Assembly (NCBI GenBank): GCA_010909165.1
Contig: MU008151.1
Coordinates: 1-64,000 of the forward strand
Direction of reading: 5' to 3'
From: Anthoceros angustus
Taxonomy: Eukaryota > Plantae > Anthocerotophyta
Length of the DNA: 64,000 bases
Part shown: in pieces, positions 11,552 through 23,911 of the stretch
Numbering within the stretch: the first letter of the stretch is position 1
Layout: every line of letters begins with the position of its first letter
Notes under the pieces: model-generated
Seen by the model: the letters and a program-made list of their open reading frames with translations, nothing else
Told to the model about the DNA's origin: nothing
Databases searched by the model: none
Made by a program: the position numbers and the translations under genes

Positions 11552-12954
11552 CTAATGCAGCACATTTGGGAACCATTGGAATGAATCAGCTGGACCTTGA
11601 TACTCTCCTTTCACCATGTACCAAGAATGCCTGCATGTAACAAGCTCACTTCAGATTCACCCTTATTTCCACAGCGCAGGAAATAGGAAGCCACAGAAAT
11701 CCAAACTGAACAGGTTGAAATCAAGTAGCGAGAGCACAATACCGTCCGACACGAAGCTTGGTTCCAAGGGCCCAACGAAGCAACCTCGGGTACAGACGAG
11801 CTGGCAGAAAGAAGTTGGTTTTAGGCCCGTCTGCAGCCGCCACACAGAGCTTCACGCATGCTCCTTCATCCTTTGAAATGGTGTGCCCAAACGTATCCAG
11901 ACCTGTGGTGTACCCCCTGCATGCGGACGTGAAACTCACAATGCTATGCTCATCAATTCCAAGCTGGAGATCATCAGCCAAGCTCAACATGGGATGGAAG
12001 AGTTTAGAGGTTCCTACACAATATTGTCCTCTTTGAGAGCAACCCACGCATTCGTAGGCCTCTCATGCAGCGAAGATGTAATGTCATCTTCCCGCGAGTA
12101 TCCCAGCCCAGCTTCAGTGAAGAGGGCAGAGCAAGCCTCGACGTCCCCCTCTTCCATCCTACGAGTCTCGATTCCTGCCACCGACAACAACTTAACCGTC
12201 ATGATCTCAGAAACAGCAATAAGCACAAATACTTGACACGTAACTCACCAGCTGTTGATATCCCGACAGCAGCAGCTGCAGCTTCAGCTTGACTGGAGTC
12301 CACAGAGCCATACAACCGTGTGATGCACTCCACGGGGACGAACCCGAGGCTTGAGTACAGGGAAAAGCTTCTCTGATTCGGTGCCGACTGTTTCACCCAA
12401 ACGTCAAACTGTCAGCAACGGTGCGCGGTGGCTTAGCTAGGAGCCTTACATGCATGTATCCTGATCAATGTACCTGAGTCAGCCGCACAGAGGGCACATG
12501 CGCAGCCTCCGCTTTCTCCAGCAAGGCAAGCATCACCATCTTCCCAATTCCCTTGCATTGGGCGTCGGGACGGACATACACGGGGCCGATTGCCCACACT
12601 GTCTTACCTGAAGCAAAGTCACAGTACTTTAGGCAGCAGACAAAGAGCCTGCCAGGACATTGCACATTAGGCCCACAGCAGGAGTGCTGAATTCAGCGAT
12701 GATAAGACGAGCAGGATACCGAGGTGAATAAATCCTCCACCCAATATCTCGGCAGAGGAATCATCCAGAACGGAAACGCCCACTACAGCGGGATCAGAAG
12801 CCATATGCTTGACCATGGAGACGCCAGCCTCCACAGATGGCAGGTCCAAATCAGGCGGAATTCCCGTAGCAACATTCTCCGCCAGGAAAGCATGGTAGAA
12901 GGCGTCCCCGGAAGCTTGCGCATCCTCCAGCCTGAACTCTCGCAAGGTCACCAT
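11552..12954 (-). CDS. GNAT-family N-acetyltransferase, 6 exons, 305 aa
   Basis: Exons 12954-12720, 12607-12474, 12387-12249, 12174-12018, 11916-11743, 11630-11552 total 918 nt and are open. AcCoA motif A IGPVYVRPDAQCKGIGKMVM, then RSFSLYSSLGF, GYTTGLDTFGH and C-terminus YMVKGEYQGPADSFQWFPNVLH*. Confidence 0.85.
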
Positions 12955-13089
12955 CCTGTCCTTCTGCTCGGCTACCTCAAACACATGGCTACTAAACGGG
13001 GCCAGTGCCCACGCCTGTAGACGTCAGTGCTGCCCGGCCAGCTGAAACATATAGTTAAACAGGGGCCAGTGCGCACACTTTTAGACTGC

Positions 13090-14230
13090 AGTTTGCTCAA
13101 ACGCTTAGAAGTGTCCAGCACGTAAAAGTATATTATACTATACTTTAAGATACGACCAAAGCGACCGAGTTTGTTGACCAATACATCTATCACAACCCTG
13201 GAAATAAATACTTATATTAAAATCTATATAATACTAAAAATATCTGAAGGATATATCAGATTATAGTTTAGTAAATATCAATAATTATTATAAAAATTAA
13301 TATTTTAGATAAAAATATCCTACTTAGAGTGTAGACTAGAAGAAGAGAACTTATAGCTAGTTGCCATATGTGTCATGTGGTGCTTATATACATTGATGTG
13401 TTTTTCATTGTTATCACTTATTATTCACTACAAGACATGTGATCATGTTTTTGACTTGTGATAACAAAGTATGGTTTAAGCAAAATGAGGGAGCCCTAGC
13501 ATTCACCTCCTAGTGTGGGCCCAATTGCATCGTGTACTTTTTCAGTGTTGCATCATAAGCTTTTTCTCACGGTAGCTTCATATATGGGGCGACAGATGAG
13601 GCAGGTCTGGACACCTTTCTTGTCAATGAATAATATTAAGTAAAAAATAAAAAATAGACTATCAAATTTATCTCATATATTGAGCTACATATGAGGTAGG
13701 TCTAGACACTTTTCTTGTCAATGAGTAATATTAAGAAAAAATTAAAAATTAAAAATAAACTATCAAATTTATCTTGAAATAAAGAGTTTGTCATTAGTAA
13801 GTAGCCGTTATGTGCTTTGTAGTCATAAGTGGCCGTAGTATGCTCTGCAGTTATAAGTGGCCGTGTTGTAGTTGATTGAATATATGGACCGTTTTAAGGT
13901 AATTGATTGAGTAAAGGTCTCCACTTGGATAGAGAATGGACACAATTGGTGTCCTAATAGTTGCCCTAATTTTACTTCTTTGTGCTTTCGTTTTACAATG
14001 TAATCGGTGTCCTAATACTTGCCCTAGTTTACTTCTTTGTGCTTCCATTTTACAACATAATATGACATACGTGAAGTTCTAACTTGACTCTTTTGATACA
14101 AGAAAAATAATTATACAAAAAAAATTATCATAAAAAAAGATGCTATATATGCATAATATGCATGTCTGCAGAATATTATACATGTCTCAAAATAGGTGAA
14201 CATTAAAAGGAAAGTGTATACTATCTAGTG
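13090..14230. mobile_element. AT-rich insertion with internal direct duplications, probable non-autonomous TE relic
   Basis: Abrupt AT-rich block. Direct repeats of ~90 bp (near 13598-13680 and 13693-13775) and ~59 bp (near 13948-14050). No ORFs of note. Confidence 0.4.
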
Positions 14231-14742
14231 AGGGACAACCCACCGAAAAAACTTCGATCCGCGCACTTGTCCCCATAGGCCCGGCTACCGGCTACCGGCC
14301 ATCAGCCGCCGTCTGGTTTGTTTGCTTACTGTCTCGCCAGCTCCGATACATTTACATGCATACATACATTCATCAACACAGTAACTTGGTACCGCGGGGG
14401 AAAGATGAAAAGACTTTGAAAAGAGAGTGAAAGAGGCCAGAGAGGAAGCAAATGGAAGCTGCGAGTGCTCCTTCCTTACAGGGCAGGCCCCCCGGGCGGG
14501 CGATGGCCGCGTGGCCCAACGGAGGGCGGGGACACGGGCGCAAGGCCGCTCAATATGCAAAATATCCCTCAATGCTGCAGAATTATATCTTCGTACGTGA
14601 TGTGAAAGAACGGAAGATGCTTACAGTGATCAAGCATTTTATTTCATGCTGGCCATCGACTAACAGGGAGACATGCTGACGATGCAGCTCGACGGCAAGT
14701 CATGGTGAGGCTAAACCTAACCAGCGGGCGTGTTGATGATGC

Positions 14743-16125
14743 CTACGCGCCTAGGAGATGCACAAGGCAAACTGCGAACATTCCAGCGGCAACGCCTGCA
14801 CAGTGTGAAGAGCAGGTCAGACACAGTTGATCGCTGTTCACTAATCGTCTTGGCAATCTCATGTGGCATTGAAGTACTTACTCCGGTGGAAAGCGGCCCG
14901 AGCAGGACTCGGGTTTGGTGAATTTGAGCCTACAGGATTTTCACACAGATATGGTGCTCCAGGCTTCTTTCCACAAGTATCTGCAACGATAAGGGGTATA
15001 GTCAGCCAATGTGAAGCTTGCATGCCCAAATGGGAGTGAAAGTGCTGCTGGCAGGAGTTGCCATACCTGCTGAGGTAACGTTCTGCACAGAGAAGTCCGC
15101 GATAACTGTGCTGCTTGAAGATATGTCTCCGTGAAGGGTGAGTATGAGGTGGTAGTGATCCTGAAACGCCTTAGCAAGGCCCCAAAGGTCGACAGAGACC
15201 AGGTACGTGTCATTGTCGGGCTTCAAGACGTAGGTATTGTCGTAGGAGATGGGGGAGGCTGGAGAATTCGAGTTTGAGTAAAAGTCGAGTTCGTAGGACG
15301 GAGGCAGCTCGACATCTGTGTCAATGGCATTGGAAAAGGCGGTCAGATCTGCTTTCTTTAGAGAACGTCACTGGTTAGGGTCTGCTCTTACTCAGCTGGT
15401 CGCCATTGAAGAAAGTCCTGGCATGATTTGGGTCTTCGTAAACGTAGGCGCTGTCCTGTGGAGGAACGAGGCTGCCGAACGAGTTGGTCGCCGTGCCATT
15501 GAGTTGTTGCATGCCCACATTGTAAGCAACCCCCACGTCTCTGTCTAAGAAGAATATCTGTGATAGATCCGGGTTAACGAAGAAGGTGAAGAGAAGTCCC
15601 GAGTTGCAATCTGGTCGTTGAGACCTGACGGTGTAGGTTATGTTCGTCTTCAGCAGCACCAGGCTCACATTGGAGGTGAACTGGTTCACTGATGAGGCCG
15701 GATTCTGACAAACTGATCCTGTTGTGGTGCTGTTATGAACCGATGTGATGACTATGACTGGGTGGTTTGTCCCAGCATCAGAGGTGAAAACTGCAACGAC
15801 GCAAAACGAAGCACAAGAATGATGCAATCCTTACTCTGACGAACTGAAGATTCCTGAAGTTCAACTAGCCGACAACTATTCATCAGAGCAGCTTACCAAG
15901 TACATCGCCTTGTTGAGCATTGTGCAGGTTGTCGTCAGCCCACCTCTGGAGGAAGGTAAGATTGGCTGGTTCCTGAGTATTCCATCCAGCGGCCCCTCCC
16001 ACTGTATAAAAGTTGGTACCTTTACCTATAGGGTTGAGAAGTATTCTTTGCGCGTCAGCATGTACGACGACGGCAGTCGAGGCTATCAGTATGAGCAAAG
16101 TTAAACTTAGACTGTTCAGCCCCAT
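14743..16125 (-). CDS. Phytocyanin domain fused to an unrecognised domain, GPI-type tail (paralog A, 353 aa)
   Basis: Exons 16125-15897, 15790-15392, 15348-15067, 14980-14882, 14795-14743 total 1062 nt and are open. Signal peptide; FYTVGGAAGW...GDVL|VF phytocyanin start; RDVGVAYNV...FGSL...FFNGDQL; TCGKKPGAPYLC; hydrophobic end SVAAGMFAVCLVHLLGA*. Intron 2 is only 43 nt, so that junction is less certain. Confidence 0.8.
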
Positions 16126-16142
16126 TTCTAAGGTATGGCAAT

Positions 16143-16904
16143 CTAGGGTGCCCTTCTGACAAACAGACGCAACTTCTTGCCTTTCTCCTGTTTCTCCCTC
16201 TTGGTCACTTCTTTTGGGGTATCCTTCTGCTTTTCTTCCTTGTCCTTCTTTTCTGCTTTGTCCCTCTTCTCTTGTTTCTCCTTCTCCTTCTCTAGCTTCT
16301 TCGTCTCCTTCTCTAGTGTCTCCCTCTCCTTCTGTGTCAGCTCTTTGGGTTCGTCCTTCTTCTTTGCTGCCTTGTCCTTCTTCTCTTGCTTCTCCTTCTC
16401 CTTCTCTAGCTTCTTCTTCTCCTTCTCTAGTGTTTCCCTCTCCTTCTTTGTCAGCTCTTTGGGTTCGTCCTTCTTCTTTGCTGCCTTGTCCTTCTTCTCT
16501 TGCTTCTCCTTGTCTTTCTCTAGCTTCTCCTTCTCCTCCTCTAGCTTCTTCTTCTCTTTCTCTAGCTTCTCCTTCTCCGTCTCTAGCTTCTTCTTCTCCT
16601 TCTCAAGTGTGTCCCTATCCTTCTTTGTCAGCTCTTTGGACTCGTCCTTCTTCTTTGCTGCCTTGTCGTCCTTCTTCACTTCTTTGTGCTCCTTCCCTGC
16701 TTTGTTCTCCTTCTCCGCTTTCTCCTCTTGCTTGGACTTCTTTTCCTCCTTCGGCTTCTTCTCCTCCTTCTTAGACTTCTCCTCCTCCTTGGACTTCTTC
16801 TCCTTCTTCGACTTCTTTTCTTCCTTGGCTGGTTTGGCAGTCACCTTCGGATCACCCACTCCGTCTGAAGTCTTGACAAGCAAAATTTTGTATCCAAAAC
16901 ACAT
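16143..16904 (-). CDS. Lys/Glu-rich repeat ORF of unknown function
   Basis: 253-codon ORF with about 3 copies of a 38-aa unit KDKAAKKKDEPKELTKKERETLEKEKKKLEKEKEKQEK plus heptad EKEKKKL repeats. May be the last exon of an upstream chimeric gene. Confidence 0.45.
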   Translation of the reverse strand: MCFGYKILLVKTSDGVGDPKVTAKPAKEEKKSKKEKKSKEEEKSKKEEKKPKEEKKSKQEEKAEKENKAGKEHKEVKKDDKAAKKKDESKELTKKDRDTLEKEKKKLETEKEKLEKEKKKLEEEKEKLEKDKEKQEKKDKAAKKKDEPKELTKKERETLEKEKKKLEKEKEKQEKKDKAAKKKDEPKELTQKERETLEKETKKLEKEKEKQEKRDKAEKKDKEEKQKDTPKEVTKREKQEKGKKLRLFVRRAP

Positions 16905-17454
16905 TGTAATGGCTGCCGTTCGTCAACCTGTTGAGAGTGTCGTCCTCAGAATGCAAGGGATCCTTGTCGACCTGGCCTCTGTCCCTGCTATACCCCGTGG
17001 CCTAATGTAGAATGTGAGCTTCATCGGTGCCGGCAGCCGTTCAATCGGCGGCCGTGCACTGCACCTCACAAACCACCAAGTATGGGCCTTAGGGGCCTCC
17101 GCTTGGCAGGGACAACTCTGATGGCACCGTCAGCCGGCGCCATCCTTTTCCAGGACGTGACAAATCACGTCCAGTTCTCACAGCACGGAGTGCCTTCCCA
17201 TCAGGACATTAACCACTTTACATCAACCGTCATCTCAGGTGATGCAGGTTGTTATCTCAGGTAATTTCAAGTAAAGAGCCTCCTTGTAGACGAACATGTG
17301 CCCAACCAGAATCCCGTTCATGTTCCCAACATTAGCTGCTCGTACCTTTTCGCTCGAGGTGTATTCAAGGGGAGTCGAAGCCATCTGGGGCGGCTAGATA
17401 TCTCCTTTATCTTAATCCTGCGTGAAGTGTCTGTCCACAGCGTGTGCCAGAGCG

Positions 17455-18270
17455 TGAAGAGAACAAAGAAAAGAAGGAAGCAGTCCTGCTCTGCTCACAG
17501 GCATGTGATGCTTACATTGGACAGGAAGACGACACCTCCATGAAACTCGAAATTCAGCTCAACTTTCTTTTCTCCGATCTTGGGTGTGGTGGAGCCAGGA
17601 CCCAACTCCGTGGGCAAGGAAGCAGGATAGGGAGGATCGTAGAATTTGGAATCCCAGCAAACCGCTGCCATCCTTGGAGCCTTCTCTCGATTTCCGCAAT
17701 CCCAGAAAACCGGACACGGCACAGTTCGATACAGAACTCCCTCCTTTGGACAGCCAGAGGTGGACACCAACGACAATCTAACTGAGCACAGCACACGTAG
17801 ACTTGAATTCGTGTCCGAACCGGTGTTGTTTGTGGGGCGTTAACATACTCTGGACTTGAAGCGTGACAGGCCTTACCGTGATCCTGCGAGAGTTCTCGTC
17901 TTGCACTGCTACTGGTGGTGTGAGTCGAATTGTATGAAACAGCGAAGGCATCCGATTTCGATATGAGATTTGTGATGAACATACTGTCCTGATGAGCGAA
18001 ACCACAGGGGAAAGAATTGAAAAACTCTTTCTGGGTGGAAAACAAGGGGGCCCGAGGGCGATGTCCAGTTGATGCTGTGGGCGTCCTTCAACACTTTGCA
18101 CCAGACACTCATGGACTGCCACCAATACATGACCTCAAACACGCAAAGCATGACGGGTCCCATAATGAGCAGGCTTGCTGCCAGGGAATCCGTTTGCATA
18201 TTCTCCTTCGAATGTCTGAAGCAGAGCGTTCCCCCTTGACTCCAATGTCCTTCAATTCCCGAAATCGTCC
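17455..18270 (-). pseudogene. Partial, frameshifted duplicate of the GT61 gene 5' half lacking exon 2
   Basis: 17455-17870 is closely similar to 20585-21010, and 17872-18270 to 21300-21690. The intron-1 donor is fused to the end of exon 2, and the YWWQSMSVWC exon is split over several frames. Confidence 0.75.
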
Positions 18271-19404
18271 CACGGACTGTTCTTTCTGCGAGACGCCAAT
18301 GTTGACAGGCCCACGAAAAAACAATGCTGCACTGCAATGGCACCTTGCTCCAATCCCACTACCTATCCGGACAGCTTTCCAAATTTCCTCAAACTCAGCC
18401 AAACTCAGACTGCATCCTCCACATATACCATCGTCCAGTGCGATATGAGGTAGCAACTGCCCTATAGACAGGCTTGCAAACAGGTAGCAACTGTCATATA
18501 AACTGGCTTGCAAATAAGTCGTAAACCATTATGACAATCATCAACGTAGGCCAAAATCGGTGGTTTATTTAACTCTCCTTCTCTTCTCTTGCCGAAGCGA
18601 TAACTTGGAAACATGAAATAAATTTGTTTGTTTGGACAAATACAATGGAGTGGCAAGCATCCCTGGGCCGGATGGACAACTGGGATGGGGTGCTTACCCG
18701 AGAATGAAGCTTCTGCAAGTCGAGGACCTCTGAAAAAGTCTCTCAAAGCATCGTTCAATTCTAGCCAGGAACAAAACCAGAAAACTCGCCTTCTCCGGTG
18801 CTATGTCGAACCACCTAAGCTCAGCTACGGGCCATGATGGTTCAAGTCTCTATGCTGCCCCGAATCCTACATGTCTACAGCTACTCACAGGTCATGACTC
18901 TTTCAAGTCCCAAGAAGGATTTGCGATTTCAGACGCTGGCGTCCTCAATCATACCTCTCACGTCATCTCGAAGCGGTGTCTGGATCTTTTGCCCACTGCA
19001 TACACAAACATGCTTGACGTACTGGTCTCATGTATTTCCTTTCCAGTCTCCCTGGAACTGCTTGCGGCAGATCCTGACGCTTGGTGCCCGGAAAAGGCGA
19101 TGGATCTGAGGGGCCGAGGCCCTCTCCTTGCATGGCTGAGAACGCACCAGACGATAAACATTCATGATGGGTGTCAGGTTGGTAGGTGTGAGTAGACTGG
19201 AGTAGAGTCTACAGTGGAACTTTTCCTGGTTTGGTAACCAAGGAGGTTCATGACGGTTGGCATCCAATGAGAATCGTGAGGGTGTCATCGAAAGGAAGAA
19301 CAGCACGTTAGCAGGGGTGTCAACTCTGTAGCTCTAGTAACCAAAGCTTGTCGGAGGCCGAAGTTTCCGCTGACAAAAACTCGTCTGAAGTAGAAATTAT
19401 GCTC

Positions 19405-21696
19405 TCAAGCTGGGGTCGTGAGAGCCTTGTAGAATGGAACATACCGGCCCTTGGCCCGGATGATGTCAGAAACAAGAGCCAGCATCTCCTGCACGTTAAT
19501 CGACAGGTTGCTTGCCTTCACCCCTGGACTGTCGAAACGGTAGAAAGAGAAGCGGAGCATATCGGCAACGTAGTGATAGCACCTGTTGGACCAGCCTAGA
19601 GGCCGAACCTCGATAATGGAGGAGTGGTAGGGCATGAACACCATGTTGGACAGCCCAGCCCCATGGCCAGCAACGTAGATCGCTGCCTTACTGAAGAGCT
19701 GTCGTTGCTCCTCTTTCGTCCACTTCACTGTGTCTGAAAAAAGCTGTCATCAGAGCCCACAAGCGAGTCAGGAGTTGTATGAGGGTTTCAAGCACAGCTC
19801 TGAAGGCTTTTACTCTAAGAAGCTTCACTGCCTGGGCTTTCCCAGGTTGCAAGAGCGCACCTTCACTTTCTCCGAGCCCAGCAGAGAAATGAGCCCTGCT
19901 AGGAGTTCCTTGTGTTGCTGGATGCCGCGAGACCTAGTTCGTTCTGAAAGCACGAGGTACCAGGAATCATCTTCCTTCTCCATGGGCGTCTCTGTGCTGT
20001 AAGGTATCTTGAAGTACTGTTGCCTGATGTAATCCCAGACAGCTCCACTTGTAGTAGAGCACTGAGGGCTTTGAGGTTGAATCAGGATATCTGCGTACAC
20101 CAATTCCGGCTTCTCTTCTCGGTGTCTTGGGTCATTCCTGTTGATGTATGTAACATTAAAAGTGTCCAAACCTGCACAAACACCACAAAAATGCAGAGGG
20201 TTGCATTAGGCCATGGCTGTACGATCTGAGAGCCACTAATCAAGCGTGAAAGCCAGACGGACACCTGTTGTGATGCCTACAAACTGGAGCATCTCCGCAA
20301 TGTATGGGGCGTCTCTACTGGTGATGAGGATGGGCACATTTGGAAGAGCTCGCATTACAGGCAGCATCAGAACCCAGCGAGCGAACAGCTCAATCAGACC
20401 ATGATACTGATTGTATGCCAGGGAATGGCCCATGTTGATGAGAATTCTGTGCCTCATTATAACGGACACGTCCCTGTGGTAAAGGTCGTTGGAAGTTTCG
20501 CCGCAACCTCCTTTGAGGAACAGGAACTTGTCATCAAACACTTGTGACTGCCAGTTTGTATACACCTGCAGATGCAACGCCTCACAGCAGTTTACGAGCG
20601 TGAAGAGAGCAAAGAAAAGAAGGAAGCAGTCCTGCTCTGCTCACAGGCATGTGATGCTTACACTGGACATGAAGACGACACCTCCACGAAACTCGAAATT
20701 CAGCTCAACTTTCTTTTCTCCGATCTTGGGTGTGGTGAAGCCAGGACCCAACTCCGTTGGCAGGGAAGCAGGATAGGGAGGATCGTAGAATTTGGAATCC
20801 CAGCAAACAGCTGCTATCTTTGGAGCCTTCTCTTGATCTCGGCACTCCCAAAGGACGGGACACGGCACACTTCCATACAGAACTCCCTTTCCTGTACAGT
20901 CAGAGGTGGACACCAACGACAAAAACTTAGCACAGCACACGTAGACCTGAAATCTTGTCCGAGCCGGACTGTGTGGGGCGTTAACTTACTCCGGACTTGA
21001 AGCATGACAGGTCCAGGTCTAGGTCGCCCGCAAGCCGCGCCCTCGTACACAAGATAGCGTGTGTCCACAAGCGCCAGGGTGGAACTGGTGACTTCGTCCG
21101 GAAGAACCACCACCTGCTTCTCCACAGAAGCCCAGGACAAATTTCTGCGCTCCCACTGACTCTTCCAGCTGGCAACATTGGGCGAGCCATCGCTGGTATT
21201 CACCGCCCACAACCCTACAGCCATCCACTCCCATCACCATCGGTCCGGCATAGGAAAATTCATGAGAGGCCGAACCCACCCATTGCGTTCGGCTAAGCGT
21301 TTCCTTACCGTGATCCTGCGAGAATTCTCCTCCCGCATTGCTGCTAGTGGTGCAAGTCGAATTCGAGGAAACAGCGAAGGCATCCGATTCCGGGATGAAT
21401 TTCGTGATGACACTACTGTGCTGAGAGAAACCGCAGTAGAGGCTATTCAGATACCTCACATTGGAGGAATACAAGGAGCCTGAGGTGAAGTTGGCGCTGA
21501 TGCTGGGATTTTCCTCCAACACTCTGCACCAAACACTCATGGACTGCCACCAATACATGCCCCCAAACACGCACACGATGAGCCCCACAAGGAGCAAGCG
21601 CGTTGCCCCCGGAAACAGGTTGCATACGCTCCTGCGAATGTCCGAAGCAGGGTGTTCATCCTTGACTGCCATGTCCCTCAACCCCCCAGAAATCAT
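19405..21696 (-). CDS. Glycosyltransferase family 61 (DUF563-type) type II membrane protein
   Basis: N-terminal TM LLLVGLIVCVFGGMYWW and C-terminal GT61 signature AAIYVAGHGAGLSNMVFMP...SIIEVRP. About 6 exons; start at 21696 or 21672. Confidence 0.8.
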
Positions 21697-22624
21697 TCCC
21701 CGGTCAGTCCTTTCGCCAAGAATCCTCGCCCTGTATTCTCAGGCCTCGCTAACACACAATCCTCGACACCAAGCTGCTCCAAAATTTTCCCCAACACGGT
21801 CTTCTAGTTGGGCTTGGTACAGCCTCACAATCAGATTGTATCCGCAAGACCAGCCTCCAGTGCCACAGCTCCCTCCCCATGGCGGGAACAGACCCAATCA
21901 CAAATTCATCACTGTCCCAGCCCCGGCCCGAATTCCGCCAGCCTGCGCGACAGCCCACTTCGGCAAACCACGAGCTGCGCAAACCGGGGCTGTTCCTGGG
22001 AGGAAAAGGTCTCCGAAGTGGCAGCTGACCCACGGACATCACAAGGATGCCGGATACACCGGATACAGGCAGCAGCGAGAAGCCCGGCACGCGGGCAAGG
22101 AGTCTTCATCCTCCCCAGACCCCCAGACCCCCAGACGGGACCTCGATGACGCAACCTCATTAATCATATTCCACCCGTATCCAATAAATGCCATCCACAA
22201 CCGCTTTCCGACCTGCCGCTGTCAACCCACCAAGGTGGTGATGAGAGCCTGGTGACAGCCTGCATGCCACTGTGAGGCGTCAGCTTCGCGCTTCGTGACA
22301 GGGGAAAATGCACAACGGTAAACAACAAGCACTACAAACGCGAATCGAAGCGCCCGATCGTTGTCAGTCTGAACATGACGGCTCATCCGTCTCTTATGGC
22401 GACCGCTCATATAAAAAATCTTCTCTATAAAAGTGTGTTGTTATATATTGCAAAGAGGAAAAGAAGACTTTATTATATCCATCCACCCCAACGAAGGGCA
22501 CCATGTCAGGGGACTAGCCTCCACATCACGCATTTCAAAACTACAAACCGCCCAAAGAACTTTGTGGTCATGGATATTATGAAAAGGCCTACTTACCACT
22601 GTCCTTCTGTACTGCCTTGGCCAA

Positions 22625-22850
22625 TATCGCAAAGCATAGGGTTCAAAATGCACAAGTCGGTCCCGCGCTCGCTGTCCTTCTCTGTCCTTCTGCATTACGT
22701 TGGCCAATATCACAAAGCACAGTGTGCAAAATGCACAAGTCGGTACATCTGCAGTGAACATGTGCCTCCAGTTCTAGGGCTAAGCAGAGTGTACAAAATG
22801 CATAAGTCGGTACATCTGCAGTGGACATGCGCCTCCGGTTCTAGGGCTAA
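22625..22850 (+). repeat. Degenerate ~68-bp tandem repeat (caaaatgcacaagtcggtacatctgcagtg...ttctagggctaa)
   Basis: Two near-full copies plus a partial core visible by eye. Confidence 0.7.
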
Positions 22851-22869
22851 ACATTCCCCTAAACAAAGA

Positions 22870-23610
22870 ATCGGGGAGTTTTTCTCTATTAATTAGTTAA
22901 ACATATATCCTAGTTGATTATATAATATTAAGACCTATCGTTTGCTCATAAGTTGCTCCCCAATCCCATGTTTTTTGTCCAAGCCCATGCTTTTTGTCCA
23001 AGCCCATGTTTCTATGAATTATTCAGTATTTTAAATTATTTATAAATAGGAAGTGTCCCTAAAATCTAGTAGGATAAGACCCTATGGGTCCGGCAGTCAT
23101 AATAGCCCAAGAGGATAGTTGCGTTGCTGCTTAGGATGAGGTTTTTTTTGTTGTCGTCGGGCTAATGGGCGTGTGGACTCCCGCGAGTGAGCTCACATGG
23201 GCGAGAGTACCAATTTTTAAAGTAAAAGTAAACAAAGTCTCATGAATAATGAATATCGACAAAATCCAAAGGTCTCGAGACTAAGGTAAATTGGACAGCT
23301 ACAAGCAAATGGTAATGCTAGAGATTTAGTAAACGCATTGAAGGATATATTAGATATGGAAAATATTGAAGGAAATATTAGCTTAATAATTCATCAACAG
23401 CAAAGAAGAGGAAAAGTGCTGAAGGAGTTGAGCCACCTTTAAAGAGTAGTGAAAGGAGTCGAAAAATTAAACATTTTGGCCAAGTGACGCCCAAAACCAT
23501 AACGTCCTATGGTAGTATTATTGTCCATACCCATTTAGAAGTATATAATCCATTTAACTGTCAAGATAATAATATTATGAAATAAAAATACTCAAAGTCA
23601 AACTAATTCA
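22870..23610. mobile_element. AT-rich TE-like relic with short tandem repeats
   Basis: AT-rich block with repeated gcccatg(c/t)tttttgtccaa near 22964-23010; non-coding. Confidence 0.35.
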
Positions 23611-23911
23611 GAGCAATGAGCAATGAACGCGAACCCAGGGCCGGGAGGACTTGGTTGGGGCAAAAGCAAGAGCCGGAGTTCTAGAGAGAAGTTGTACGTA
23701 CCCCGGAGTAGCCGGTAGATATCCGCCACGATGTACCGTATAATGTATGATGTTGGTCCGAGCCTGCCTTTAGCAGAGGCGCGTGGAAGCGTACGTCCTA
23801 ATACATGATGGACAGGTGCGCTCCCTGCTGGGCGAGAAGCAGCCGACGTCTGCATACAGGGAGTCTGCTTGATGAGGGAACACGCTTGTGTGGTTTTGTG
23901 CGCAGAGTAAG

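Noticed and set aside
11721-11723. Apparent premature TGA in the GNAT gene
   Set aside because: It lies within an intron (11742-11631); splicing gives an intact C-terminal exon.
12712-12719. GTATCCTG donor as a possible second U12 intron
   Set aside because: No TCCTTAAC-like branch site near the acceptor; probably U2-type.
16177-17010. 277-aa Phe/Ser-rich + strand ORF
   Set aside because: Antisense shadow of the K/E repeat, with no independent evidence.
18500-19330. ORFs between the two GT61 copies
   Set aside because: Fragmented, with no identifiable homology; probably UTR or decayed sequence.
22215-22352. Possible C/D snoRNA (GTGATGA...CTGA)
   Set aside because: No terminal stem or recognisable rRNA antisense element; such short boxes occur by chance.
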